DNA of 63,960 bases, counting the filler, from Asterionella formosa (lineage: Eukaryota), in assembly GCA_002256025.1 (NCBI GenBank). It is 4 parts of 4 records of this genome, joined end to end, with 100 filler letters (N's around TTAATTAATTAA, not from the genome) between each part and the next. Parts side by side here need not be neighbours in the genome. Positions count along the whole stretch, not along the records: positions 1 to 20,831 come from NKIB01003233.1; 3 more parts are not named here. The stretch is one strand, 5' to 3'. The position numbers and the translations under genes are program-made. Below are positions 1-13,301 of the stretch, piece after piece (position 1 is the stretch's first letter; every line of letters starts with the position of its first letter). The notes beneath the pieces were generated by a model. The model was given only the letters and a program-made list of their open reading frames with translations, did no database searches and was not told the DNA's origin.

Positions 1-292
1 ACGAAATTTCGAAAAGTCAAATGAATTATTTGAAACATCAACTAATTCAGTCTCGCGTTCAAAATTCATTGTGAAAACTTCACATGAAACAGTTAAAACT
101 TCACATGAAACCGTTAAAAGTAATCTTTTTTACGTGAAGAGTGGCATTAATGCATGTGAAGTACCACATAATTAACACTCATACGTAGACGAAATTTCGA
201 AAAGTGGCGTATTTCGCGGCTTAGATGTTGCTTACCTTGCATTATTCTCTCCAAACTCAAAATCATTCTTCTTTTCCGGCCGAAGTGATGAA

Positions 293-733
293 ATTAAAGA
301 TGTCAATACTATAGTCAAGAATCCACAAGCAACTGCTATTTGTGAACGTTGACATGAATCAGTAACAGTCCTCTTGTCTTGCTAAAGGCTTATCCTCCCC
401 CAATCAATGAATTTCAAACTAAAAACATTGTGTATACATGTTTTGCTGCTGCATCCTATGCAGCTTGAGCTACTTTTTATCGTACGTTTCATATTTTCAT
501 CAGGAGCATCGATTTCACAACCTAATAAGGTATTAAGTATTCCTTTGATTATATATTTACAACAAATCATCAATGCAATACATCAATTTTTTGAGGTGAT
601 AAGGCTTCATCGTGATATCTTCCTTCATTGTTCTTGTGATGATTGCAACGTTGGATACGAGATTTTAATCCTATTGGACAATCCAACTACTTTGGATGAT
701 TCTGGCAATGGTCCTTATCCCATTAGTATTTAA
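293..733 (+). mobile_element. Degenerate Ty3/Gypsy integrase fragment
   Basis: 293-364 translates IKDVNTIVKNPQATAICER*HESV, resembling the integrase motif TTxKNPQANAICERxH with an in-frame stop. Downstream HRDIFL and EILILLDNPTTLDDSGNGPYPI resemble the GPY/F region. Confidence 0.6.
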
Positions 734-2662
734 GGCAGGGCATGCTCATATTAGCTACTGAACAAATTATGATTAGGTTGACTTACCTCAATCTCTACCA
801 TGATCTGAGTCGTAGAACTTACACAAACTATTACCATAGTGTTAATGAGTAAAAATGTGTACCTACTCTAGAAAAAACTATTAAAGCCCTGAAGAAACTC
901 AGGCGTGCGTGCCAGTGCACCAAAAATGGAAATTCAATTGATCGTAGAAACCGTTTGAAAATAAACAATAACTCTTTTAATGATGCTATTAATCTTTTAG
1001 ACTATGGAGATGATGGCGGTGGTGAAGTTTACTCCCTCCATAGAAAATCATTATCATGGCTATGTACATTGGCGCGACATGAGACTGTGTTTTACAGAAT
1101 GTATTTATCATGAGGCTGGTGTGTCAATGTTCCATGATGTAATCCCAAAATTTTGCAAGTAGTTCGTAAACATGTAAGTTTATGAGTTTGATTTACACCC
1201 AATTTAGAGATAGTGCATTGTCTCAATTATTGCAAAATGCATGTTTGACACGAGAGTTTGCTGTTCACAGATTTGCACTGCTTGAATAAATGAATAAATG
1301 TTCCAATGAGCTGTTGTATTTTTCATGACATTTGAGGTTTCTTCCGCATGCACTATAAATCATCCATTCAGACATCTGTATTGATCCTTATGACAGACAA
1401 GATTACTTCTATCTCACAACAATGGTTACATTTGACATTGCTTTCTTAGCTGTTGTTATTCCACCATGGACTGCACTGCATTGCTGCTATTCACCCATTT
1501 ACATCATTCTTCGTTCGACCATTCTTGATTGGTGAGGAACTATTCCTCAACTAGCCCTAATAGTAGCTACTAGCTTGCTTGAAGCCAAGCAAATGGCTAG
1601 ATTAGCTCACTTAATGTTTTGGTATACATAATCCTGGAATTTTGACTTGCATTTTTGTAAATGCCTCTATAGGGGAAGTACTGGCACTTGTATATCTAGA
1701 CAAAATACTGACTACCGGTAAAAATCGGAATAATGTATTCCTCACATTGTTTGTACTTGTGAGGGCGACGCTGTTTCAAATATCGGTATATTACCTGGTA
1801 CTCCTACCAGTGTTCACGGTCTTCAGTCTACTACCGGTACGCTTGCACGCACTCCCAGCAGAATCCACCTGGTACTTGTAGTCATCTAAAGAGTACTGGT
1901 ACCAGGTAGTCATCTACAGAGTACAGAGTACTAGGTACTCAGTACGAGGCGGTGTCAGACAGTACAGGAAGATATGTCAAACATGCAACCTTCGCCGTCG
2001 TAGTCAAGCTGATTACCGGTACCAGGTACCTGGTACTGTACATGCATATTTGCACACTGTGTCGTGTCGTGCTGAAATGCCAACTGCATGGTCATGCATG
2101 ATCAAGAGCGACGCACATGCATTTTATATATGTCGTGTGAAGTGAATCTTTATCATGGTGTCACAGCGGATCTGCGTCACTCTTGTGAAATTTCAACACG
2201 TTGTTACCGGTGCAACCATGAGTGTACACACCTGTATCATGCACGAACCAATCATGCATTCACTATTCGTACCATGTAGCGGAACGGTAATAGGATACGT
2301 AGAGCGCCAGTCGTCTCAGTACCTGGTACTTGATCGGAGTGTTCCGTTCCGCAATTGCGGTGAAACATCAGATCCATACTGCTGGGGAGTACATTCTTAC
2401 AGATAGTTACATACCGGTACATACATAGGAAGTCAGGAGATTGATGATGATGCAGCCTGTCAGAGATTCGTGACAGAGTGGCTACCGGTACAGTCGCGGA
2501 AAATGAGCCACTCATCTGGTTTCAACGCTCACGTCCACGCAGTTTCGTTTTTTAAAGTGGAGCGAAGACCCAGCATAATGAATCTCACTTTTTCGCGAAT
2601 CTCAATCGGCGAATCTACAGCTCTGTTGTCCCACTGATTAAATCAGTCCAGTCATTTAAATA

Positions 2663-4011
2663 ATGAAAAAAACTGTCCGAATCATGTCATCATCAGCACT
2701 TGTTACGTCTCCTTCCTGGCCGAATAGCCTCGCTGCAGCAGCATTTGTTGTCCCCAAACGACATCATATTAATCTAATGAATCCTGTGACTACTCGTCCC
2801 TTGACAACATCAGCATCAACTTCCTTCCTATCCAATACCGACCTGGTTGACAAATTCAACATGTTACATTTATCTTCTTTCAAGCTCAAGGGCTCCTTGA
2901 ACGATGATGCGCCCAGTTTGGCACCATCGAGTGCCGGGTCCGACGTGGACCCCGATGAACTGTTGCAATTGTTTCCCCACGACGAATTGCAAAGTAGCTC
3001 ATCCGATCTCGTCGAAGAAAAAAGTCTTCGATCAATGTTGGTACGTGCAATCGAACCTTGTGATTGTTCAAAATCGTTGTTATATTCGGTAACTTTCTAA
3101 TTTTATTATTTCTCATGTGCTCAATACAGCGACTCCCGATGCAACCTGCTTCGTCGGTCAGAACAAAATTTCGTCGTCCGTTTATTGTTGGGCATCGCGG
3201 CGCCCTCTATGATGAATTGGAGAATACTGTAGAGGGATTTCAACGATGTGCTGATTTGGGTTGTGACGCCGTCGAGTTGGATGTCTTTTTGCTCAAGGAT
3301 GGCACTTTGGTGGTCTTTCATGGGGGTGGATCCGATCAGTTCCCAGGGGACTTGACGGAGTACACTATCAATCACAAGCGCAAGGGAATTTTGAATCTCC
3401 ACACATTTGCAGAAACGCAACAAATACAATTCAATCCTGATTTTGAAGAATTTGCTTGTCCTCCGGAAAAGATTCGTCGAGGTCGGATACCAAAACTTTC
3501 TGAAGTCTTGGCGGATGCGAAAAAGAGTGGTATCATTGTCAAGATTGAACTCAAGGGACCGGGTGTAACAGAACCAGTCTTGAAACTGGTACAAGAGATG
3601 GAAATGGTAGACCAGTGCCACTTTTCATCGTTTGAGCATGATCGTATCGCACTCGTGAGAAAGTTGCACCCAGAGAGAAACGAAGATGGCACCTACAAAT
3701 ACAAGACAGGTGCCTTGTTTCATCACTTACCAGAAGATTTCGTGGAACAAGCGCAACGTGTGGGTGCCAGCGAGGTGCATGTCCGTTACGATGAATGCAC
3801 TCCGACTGTCATTGACGCCATTCACTCCAATGGAATGGATAGCATGGCGTGGTTTCGAGGTCCGATGAGGATGCGAACAGATGTTGCTAATAAATACTTG
3901 GATGTTGGCAATGAGGATTCTCGCATGTACGAAGCACTTCTGGAAACGGGAGTCCAACAAATGTGTGTTAATCGACCCGATGTATTGGTCGGCATGTTTC
4001 CTTTACAGTAA
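2663..4011 (+). CDS. Glycerophosphodiester phosphodiesterase (GDPD family), 2 exons: 2663-3040 and 3130-4011
   Basis: Motifs IVGHRG, ENT, VELDV, VVFH and IELK. A phase-0 intron at 3041-3129 (gtacgt...atacag) joins ORFs 2663 and 3064 in frame. The N-terminus has AAAAF-VVP, a possible plastid-type cleavage motif. Confidence 0.9.
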
Positions 4012-6148
4012 GGGAAACTTAAGGTGAGGCACGAGGCTGGAACAAAACTAGAGATTTATAAAGAATAAAATAGAATAGAGAATTCTTGAATAAATAGTTC
4101 ATTTCGAACCCTTTACAAGGGTGGTAGACTCGTTCGGAAGGTGCTGATGCAACAATACTAGTCGACGGATCCTGCCTTCTTCAATCTTAATCGGATTGTC
4201 GTTTCGAGGAAAGCCCCCCTAGATGCAGTCAACCTTGCTACTGCGACTATATTTGCTTTCGTATCGATCACTGCCTATACCTCATTTTAGAAAGCAAAAA
4301 CGTCAACAATGATAGCTAAGCTCCGTCTTTTGGGAAGATTTACCAATAATTCTTGTTAGTAGAAAGGCCATGCCACCCCTACCAATACCACAAGCAAGCC
4401 GTCGTTGACTCCCATCTGCAGTACCAGGGAACCTAGACTCATTCTACACTCCAAAGTTTTTCATTTGCTCTGCATCGTTTTCCTCAGTGATCTTGATATT
4501 TACTGGAAGAGGCACACTTGAGTGCCTCACTCTTTCTCATCAGCTATAACCATTAAGAATGGAATTATACTATCATGGCTTTTCGCTTTCATTGGAGTAT
4601 CGCGACCCTTCCTTGGTTGCTACTACCTGGTACTTCGTAACTTGGGAAATCTTTCTGGTTGTGAAGCAAAAATACCTATTTTTGGTTTTACAAAGCAAAA
4701 TATTGATTGATTGACAAACTATGCTGCTCTGGGGACATCGTCACTGCTGATTTCGATTGTAGTGTGTCGTACTCCCCCCCCCTCAACTGGTTGATCAAGC
4801 TCATAAGGGTGTCTTCACACATGGCGTAATCCTCATTCTTTACTTTTGGCTGGATGATAATGGCATTTACGGTGCTACACTCGCGTTGAATTTGAAAAGA
4901 GATGCGGCTCCTCACCTTTGTTGTCGCTCTACTGGGTTCATCAGAAGATGACATCCTAATTCTATCTTGGTCGGATCAAGCTAAATGAGAAAAGTTGTAC
5001 TTGACCTATCTTATTTGAAGAAGGAAAGTTTGAGAGTGGAATGCGAAGCAGTGGAAGAATCACACTGTTCTCGCGGCTATGTATATGTACCGGTATATCG
5101 GTAGTCAATTGTTCAATTCCAAAAAATCTTGCATGTTTTGCTCGAAATTGTTGTGAGCTGCCTTAGAAAGGCTGATGGTCATGCGACCCTCCGAATCTAA
5201 TCATTTGTCCTTTTGTATGATATAAATTCGGTCTCAGGTGTTGTGAAGTACGACCTGCTGGCACCACAGGTACACGATGGAGGGAGCACATACCTGGTAC
5301 CAGGTTTCTTGTCTCTCTGTGCAGGAATGACAAACAGCACAGTTGAAATTGTCCGCGTCTCCCTTCACAGTACATACTTAAATCCTTCAAATGCATACAC
5401 GAGATTTTTTTGTGCACCCGGATGACAAACTTTTACGCGATGCTTGATCGACTCTTATTGAAGATTTGCTGGGGACATTACGCTGACCAAAATTCTACTT
5501 CAATCTGTCAGTCGTAACATATCAGTTTTGTCAAAATGACCGCAACCTGCAGGTACGGGTACCAGGTACCGGTAACAGGGACCAACAAGTTGCGGTAAAT
5601 TTGCCGATATGACGATTTGGACATCGCGGATATTCACGCCTGCTGATCCAGTACTAAAATAATTACAATGGTTAACTCGGACAAGGGTTATCTTTCATTC
5701 ATGGCATGATTGTTTGGAACACTATTCTACAGGAATTCGATTTGGCTGGAACTAATTTAGAGTGAAGCTCATTCCCCCAATCTCAAACCACCCAGTCCAT
5801 TCTGTTGGGGTCAGAAAGGCGCACAGAACAATCAGGTTCATTATGTTGGGGCTGATAAAATGAAATATTTCTGATAAAAACATGTTCTAATAATATTCAA
5901 ACCTGGAGATAAGACATCCGAAAGTATCCAAGCATTTTTTTCTGATAAACAAATCAACAAAAGAGGCTAATTTTTTTCAGTACATTTGAATCTTGATTTT
6001 GTTGTTAAAATGTGATGTGCTTGTTGTGGAGCCAATCATAATTTTCGTTGAGTGCGGGCTATCATTGCTGTTTCCTGGGCTGGTGTGCTGTGTTGGTCCT
6101 CTGGTGTGTGTAATGATTGTGATTTATGAAATGGGGTGATTTATAATG

Positions 6149-6168
6149 TATATATATATATATATATA
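6149..6168. repeat. (TA)n microsatellite
   Basis: Direct reading of the tatatata run. Confidence 0.9.
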
Positions 6169-6404
6169 TTATGATTTTTAGCATCATCACCACATTTCTG
6201 TGAACAGTCGTCAATGTCGGCTGCTACTTCCAACAACCAACCACTCTTTCTTCCAAAAATGGTGGCTACAACCAACATGGAACAGTGGGACCAAGAACCA
6301 ACAAGACTATATGATCGTAGCTAACCATCATGTCAACTGAGGAGTGCACTCAATCTGGAGCGCCGCTTTTCGGCGTCATTCTTTGCCAATGCACCATCCA
6401 CAAA

Positions 6405-6635
6405 ATGTCAATTAAATTTTATAGTACATTAAAGCTATCCAATAATTGCACTCGGGCCCACCAAATAGATGGACACAATTAGTACTGGTTTTATTCGTCT
6501 GTACGGTACAACGGGACCTGTCTTTTCGTCAGCTGCACCCCTGGAACCCTAGGGACTACATGAAAAAGACAGGTAGAGAATGCAGGAATCGAACACGCCA
6601 CCACAGTGGGCGTGCTAACCACTAAGCCATTCCCC
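6405..6635 (-). mobile_element. tRNA-derived SINE-like element, copy A, with target-site duplication
   Basis: The minus strand starts GGGGAATGGCTTAGTGG (A box) and has GTTCGATTCC (B box). It is flanked by the direct repeat CAATGCACCATCCACAAA at 6387-6404 and 6636-6653. Confidence 0.75.
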
Positions 6636-7479
6636 CAATGCACCATCCACAAATATCACTACTATGGAAGATCAAGACACAAACCTATGCCAACATTCTA
6701 ATGACGGTTCTCCTTTGCGCAGATGATTGATCTGTCTCTTCCAACAGCGCAATTTGAACAGCCTCCAAAATGGAGGCTGACTTGGTTCTTTAGCTAGCAT
6801 GTACTTCGTTCATTTCCAGCCATGTCATTCGTGAAGATTTTGACCTGGTGGATGATGATTCATACTATGATGATGAAAAAAATGAAGAAATATCATGATT
6901 TTGCCAGGAAGTAACACAAGCATAGTAGGTGTAAGTTGGACCACAGTAAATTCGAAAGAGTGATGTTGTTTGGTAACTCATAAACAACGAAAATGCTCCC
7001 TGCAGATTCCTTGCAAGACAAGCAAACACATGTGATTTTGCAATAAACCAAGCAGTTTTGTGTTATATTTGTCAGCTTTAATGCTTTGTTGACCAATTTG
7101 ATTGATCGCACTTTGATAACGAAAGAAAGAAACAATGAAACTGTGCCAATAGCGTTGTTCCCTGCTAGGTCAATAAGTTGCGAATTCATTTTCAAATACC
7201 AGCACATTTTCTCTTGAAAACGGTCAAACAAGAACTCAAACAATGGACAACAACACTAAATGATTGCTTCTCCAAAATTATCTACCTAATTGGGGCACCT
7301 TGCCATGTCGACCACAATCATATTTATTCAACATAATATATATATAATTATTTAGTAAATTTTACAGTATGCTATTGTTAACGAACTCGACAATTGTGGA
7401 GGTTGTGAAGTCGCACTTGGCATCCTGGGAAAGTCTGTAATCGAGATATTTAGCTTACTCTTTTCATAAGTTAAAAACG

Positions 7480-7637
7480 TGTTTTATCGGACCTTCCAGA
7501 GGGCCTTAGACCTGGTTGTTGTCTCCCTCAACACCTAGAACCCAAGGGACTACATAAACAAAGCAGGCGGAGAATGCGGGAATCGAACCCGCAACCTCGG
7601 TAGATGAGCAAACTAATTACCCGGTAAGCTATTCCCC
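7480..7637 (-). mobile_element. tRNA-derived SINE-like element, copy B (3' end uncertain)
   Basis: Head GGGGAATAGCTTA...GCGGGTTCGATTCCCGCATTCTCC, then ATGTAGTCCCTTGGGTTCTAGG, which matches copy A's ATGTAGTCCCTAGGGTTCCAGG. Confidence 0.65.
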
Positions 7638-8318
7638 TATACATAGATACCAGTATACACTTGATTGACATCCATGACAAAAAGTAGAGCTGCAAGAAAA
7701 TAAATACCATACCCAGTACCCCTGGTAATATTTAGCCTGCCCATTGAAAACTTCTCAGATTGTAAATTAATTATCAATTTGATAAATGATTTATTCGATT
7801 AAAAGCCCTCGCTGTACTGTCCGTTTCAGAAGTACTAGTTCTCAAGAAGGCGAATCAGCTTAATATCCATCACTGCATAGAAATCACAGCTAATTGAAGG
7901 GAGATGGCAGGTTTGATCGATCAGGTTTGCCCATCCTTTGGAGGTAGCTCGTTAATTTTTCCTGGAAATCAGTTTGTAAATTGCTGCATTGCTTTAGTGT
8001 GTAGAGTTTTATCCGTACATGTTCATAACTGCCTTCGGATTAATCATATGCTGGATCAACCCACACTAAAACATGGTTGAACAGAAAAGTCTACTGTAAG
8101 TTCCTTTCAATTTATCTCGAGCACATAATTATGTGGCGAGCCGAACACTTGCTCTGAATTATGCGTACCTTGTTGCCACAGTAGCTAATACAAACCATAA
8201 TGGGAGTGTATGTTCCTGCCTAATTTGAGCAAGGCAATTGCAATATTTTACAACTCATGGTACAATATTTATTTTCAGTTTTTACCACTTATGTTATCGG
8301 GTCCTAGGATACTTTCGA

Positions 8319-9242
8319 CTACCACAAAGGTTCTGTCCCTTCCATGTGTTTGATGGACGATCGTATTCCATGGAGCGCCACCTCCATTCGCTCATTGGCT
8401 GTTGTTGCCATGAGTAGCGCCGGCCTGATTTCCATGGCAACACCCAAGGATGGCAACGGATTGATCAGAGCTCCGACCCAAAAAGCAAGATCGCTTGGGT
8501 GTGTGCTAAGCGGCATTTCTCCCAACTCTTTCAGGAGCTGGTCTATCTGACCTGGGTGCCTTTCATTTTCTCGGGCTAATTCAATCCATCGGTCAACGAG
8601 ACCTGCTTCACTCCCCCATTTCAATTCTCTTCCTTTCCCGATAGCTTGTAGCATATTCCAAGGGTCTGATCCCCTCATCTCCTCCTTCTCCTGTTGGTTC
8701 GAGTCCAGGAACTTCACACGCGCTTCCGTCCAACCTTCTTGCGATGTGGTCGCCTCCTCGGCAACTTCAAATCGTCGACCACCACGCAATTCCAGCATGA
8801 CTGTATTCTTTTCTGTCACCTTAGGTTTCCCTATGACCTGGACTTCTACGCCGTGCTTCATGAAAATGGTCCTGTGGCAGGTCTTGGTGATAGTCTGACA
8901 AAGCCCCACCATGCCAATCGTACTCCCATTCGCTGTTGGTCGCAGTACGGATTTAATGAGCTGCGCAAAGACTGGGTCATCTGACTCGACCGTTATGACT
9001 TGTCGAGGCAACATTGTGTCCATGACAACAATGGGAAGCTTGGTGGCTCGATCCTTGACTTTTCTGATGCGGGACCGGAGCGATGCCATCATGTCGCTGT
9101 CATTTCTAGTACTTCTCATTGCAGAACAGCGACGGCTGCTCGTGGTGGCGTGACATAAGTCCTGTCGAGGTGCCCATCCATTACAGATTCCCACGAGAAA
9201 TACAACGGTGAATAGGATAACAGTGATTGTTTGTGACGACAT
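8319..9242 (-). CDS. Stand-alone LON substrate-binding (Lon N-terminal)-like domain protein, predicted plastid-targeted, paralogue 1
   Basis: First ATG at 9242. Hydrophobic signal ends CNG-WAP. The segments LPIVVMDTMLPRQ, LRGGRRF and LAFWVGALINPLP...EIRPALL follow the LON_substr_bdg layout. No AAA+ or protease domain. Confidence 0.75.
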   Translation of the reverse strand: MSSQTITVILFTVVFLVGICNGWAPRQDLCHATTSSRRCSAMRSTRNDSDMMASLRSRIRKVKDRATKLPIVVMDTMLPRQVITVESDDPVFAQLIKSVLRPTANGSTIGMVGLCQTITKTCHRTIFMKHGVEVQVIGKPKVTEKNTVMLELRGGRRFEVAEEATTSQEGWTEARVKFLDSNQQEKEEMRGSDPWNMLQAIGKGRELKWGSEAGLVDRWIELARENERHPGQIDQLLKELGEMPLSTHPSDLAFWVGALINPLPSLGVAMEIRPALLMATTANERMEVALHGIRSSIKHMEGTEPLW

Positions 9243-11769
9243 TTTGTTCGCTCGCCTGTCCCCCTTGAAAATGGCGAATAAAGTAGGCGAAAGAAAGCAC
9301 GATTCTCGGTCTGCTCTCAACTCTCAAATAGGTCGACTGGGTGTGTCAGCCAAAGTGTAGACAATAGGCTCAATGTACAGGCGGATTAACAAAGCGAGTA
9401 CCGTACCGGTAGTTGAGCTTAACGACAACGATCACAAATCAAACGAGGACACAGGATCCTAATGTCCGATTTTTGTGACAACACTTACCAAAGCCTTCGA
9501 CGTCATGCTGTCCGGAAACAAGGAAGAAAGAAAACATCTGGTCATCAGTCTTGCTGAGCAGATGTCCGTCGTAGGCACCAAGGGTCTGGTGGTATGGTCG
9601 TACCTGGTACCAGGTACCTGGTACTAAGAATTGAGAAGTTTTGTTTCGTTATTCCCAGAGTGATAACCGTCTTTTACCGCACTTTGCCTCGACAAATATA
9701 CAATACCGGTAAACATACCGGTACCTGCCTGGCACTCCGGCATGTATGCATGTACCGGTACCAGTATGTAGCTACATTTATTTAATCATGTGCATAAATA
9801 ATACCATGGGAACTGGCTGGTATGTAGCCTCTTACCTTGCATTGGCAATTTTCAATGGGAACATGCAACCTTTTCTGCTCCAAATGTTTCTTGTTAAAAA
9901 GAGCAATAGAAAATCACTATAAAAAGAATATTAATCAGTCTTTTTTTAGCTAAATTAATATTGTTTCATGATGCTGATCAAGCGATGCGAAATGAACAGT
10001 CAATCCCTGTCATATCAATGTTCAACTTCTTGTTTATCTCTTCGCAAATATTGACTGCCAAGATTCACCAAAAGATAAAGTCGAAAATCACAAATTGCAG
10101 CGATTTCATAATTTCGGAGATTCATCACTCATATACCAAATAATTCATTTTCCTGCGCCCCCCCCCCTCCCACAATGTACACTGCCTGACTGAATTTGAC
10201 GGATTTTATAAGCAAGGGGGGACCAGGAAAATAAAGAGATTTCCTTTATAATAGACCTATGTAAATTTGTTTCGGTTCTACAGGATGGCGCACATTTTTC
10301 TATAATGTCTTAATAAGACAATTATTTCCATCCAGTGAAAAATGAGAGAGTTCTTCAGCTCACAAGAAAAACGCGACTTCATGTGGTTGCTATAGGCGAT
10401 CTCAATTTTCGTTATCATTATTAGTGTTATTACTTTACTTCTTTCATGATTAAATTTTCTATGTCGTGTTTAAAGTACGTAGCAAGCAGTAAAGCGTTGT
10501 TCGCAATTTTCGTGGAGACAATTCGTATTTTCGTCATGGTCAAGGTTCTTGCAACAACATGATGCAGGAGTATCCAGCTGCTCACAACCACTACCGTCCG
10601 TCTACTTTAGTGTTTAATATGTAAAAAGTAATCGCAACATTATAGCTAACTTATAATACTATAACAGTGTCTACAAGAAGGACCAACAGAATTATAGCAC
10701 GTAACTTTGTGTTTGTTTGTCTAAAAAATTATTGGGTGGGGGGGGGGGGGGCAGAACAACGAATTCTACGGTTATCTCACATAGAAACCTTCGAAGAATT
10801 TGTTCTTGCTCTGATAATAACACAGTAATCCTAGTAGCTACATATGAATACTAGAGAACAATTTAAGTTCACCAGCCATGGCTAAATATCAGATCGGCAC
10901 ACACCATCACCTGTTTCATCATCGTTGTCTTCCCTGTCACACTTGTTAGTTTGTATGTTAATTGTTGGATTTAGGTAGTAGCAGCTTGGAGATGAGGGAA
11001 TAATTTTTTTTTGTGGCAAGCAAAAGAAACAGGGAGACCTCCCCACAGTAAGTGACGAGCAGCAGACCGGATATTTTTATCACACATATTTTCCACGAGA
11101 ATCTCACTCAGTTGTCCATTTCATACCTCTTCTTTCTTGTGGAAGCAGTGATAACGATAAATGGTGAGCAAGAAGAAAACTGGCGTAATGTAATTCAGCA
11201 TACAGTTGTTAAGGTGGACATCAGCAATCTGACAAGGGAACAATTAGCGAAGATTTCAAGTAACACTAAAATCGACAGATCAGCAGGGAAATGGAAAGCA
11301 ACAAACGTGTTGTTCTATGGACAGGTGTAGCAATTCAGGAATGGCAAATTTGATTCGCAGATGAATTGTCAGGCATTGAATACCATTGCACACAAATGCT
11401 CTAGCAAACAGCTTACAGTTCCATCAGATTATGGAAGCGCCCAAAAAGATATAAAAGTATCTAATCATGAATTTCTATTACGTTTGATCATTATACAAAA
11501 GCACCACCATTGTTGATCAGCTGATTGATTTAACATTGCTGGGTTTTTCGTGCTGTATTGTGCTTGTGGCCGATTTTCAAAAATAACAAGCAAGGAGTGA
11601 CATAAAGTACTATATGCATTTGTTGAGAGACACCACTAAAATTTCGGCGAATTTCGAGGAAAACAATTTACCTGTAGGAAAACCACCAGGCTACAACAAC
11701 AACTCGGCTTTTACAAACATTTGACTATGGCGACGATTGCATGTTTGTTTTTGTTCTTCCAAATCCAGG

Positions 11770-12170
11770 CGTGCCTTGTATTGGGAGTCATAATGATTAC
11801 CAATACAAGGTATCGGTCAGTTGATTTTTTTCAAGACAAGGTAAATACCATTCCTATACAAGGTTCACCTTGTATTGGCGAAAGTCGGTATACAAGTCCA
11901 ATACAACAACAACGTGAAAACAACTCAAAATGTTCTTTATTTGGAGTGGAATTATCATCCAATACAAGGCATTCCCTGTTTGGTCTTTGTTTATTTTCCA
12001 GTATAAGGTCATGAGTTCCAATACAATGTGCCAATATTTTGCAATTCAAGGTTCCCCCTGTATTGGGTTTTGCTTGTAGTAGCTACATCTCGTCCCAATA
12101 CAGGGTCAGAAGTTCCAGAACAAGGTTACAATATTTTGCAATTCAAGGTTGGCAGACCCTGTATTTGTCA
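11770..12170. repeat. Array of CCAATACAAGG-like motifs in both orientations
   Basis: For example CCTTGTATTGG at 11774-11784 and CCAATACAAGG at 11800-11810, with further variants to about 12170. The same family occurs at 25880-26103. Confidence 0.65.
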
Positions 12171-13301
12171 ATAGGCAGTGTGTCTGGCTGGCATGAATCA
12201 TATCTTGTCACTCAAATTATTCTGTACTGATTGTTTACAGCATACATACTGGGACATCACTGAGCCAATGCTATTTATTGAAATCTCAAAAATATAACAT
12301 TCAAGTTGTTTCACATCCTTTACAATGATGTGTGTCAACCATTTTCTAGCTGTTTTACTCATCTCCAGCTGATCAGGTAATACGCATAATCATCGATAAG
12401 GTGACTTGTTTGAAGAATTGAAATTGTCTCACTCCATAGTAGGATGTAAGTCCTTCTTCCACTTTCTTGTACTTAATTAAGAATTCCTTGTGCCTTATTT
12501 CGCACCTGTCATCGTGATTCTATTCATTTCAGGAGTGCTCCAGAAACATTATGATGTAAACATAGTTTCATCACCATGAAGCTACATGTATACAAAGTAT
12601 TGTCACCATGATGACCTGATTCAAGCAACAATTACTCTACTGCTAACTGGTGGGGGAGGGGGGTTAGCTCCATTTTTCCATAGTACTATTGACCTCGAAG
12701 TATGCTAGTTAATATCATCATGACATGAGTGTGACTATTTTACAGAAATAAATCGAAGAGTTGTATCTGTAATTGAATGTAGCAATTCGAAAACAACACA
12801 AAAATCGCCAATCAACAGGTTGAGAGAGCGAACCCACTTCATCCAAAAACCAACAAGTGCCACAATGGAAATGTCGCCCAAAGCATCAAATGCCACCATA
12901 AAACAAGAGGTGTTGAATAATCACTATTGGTCCAACTTCTGACTTGAAGTCAATGGCCAACAACCCTAATATTCTGAATGATACTCGTAGTAAAGTGTCA
13001 GGACTCACCTGCGATCATAGGAGATCCTCTCAAAGATACTTAACGTTAGTTAATCGCGGTAACTCATAGTATTATAAGTAGTTCCTTGAACTCACAACTG
13101 ACCACCAACATCAATTTGTTTGTCATAAAAGAATGAAATTGTCTACTGCCCAGCATGACATGTTCGTTGAACTTGAAAATGTCATAATGTGGTATAAAAT
13201 AATAAGAACAAAGGCGAAACACATACATTTGATTTACTTGCCTTTCTCTCGCTCAAACGTCCTATTTTTACAAAACTCTCCAGGACGTATTTCATCTCAA
13301 T

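Noticed and set aside
1..206. ACGAAATTTCGAAAAGT twice and AAAACTTCACATGAAAC twice
   Set aside because: Probably part of a repeat cut by the window edge. Too little context to classify.
6560..6636. SINE-like heads as functional tRNA genes
   Set aside because: Their anticodon arms are disrupted and differ between copies, unlike the clean Val and Gly cloverleafs.
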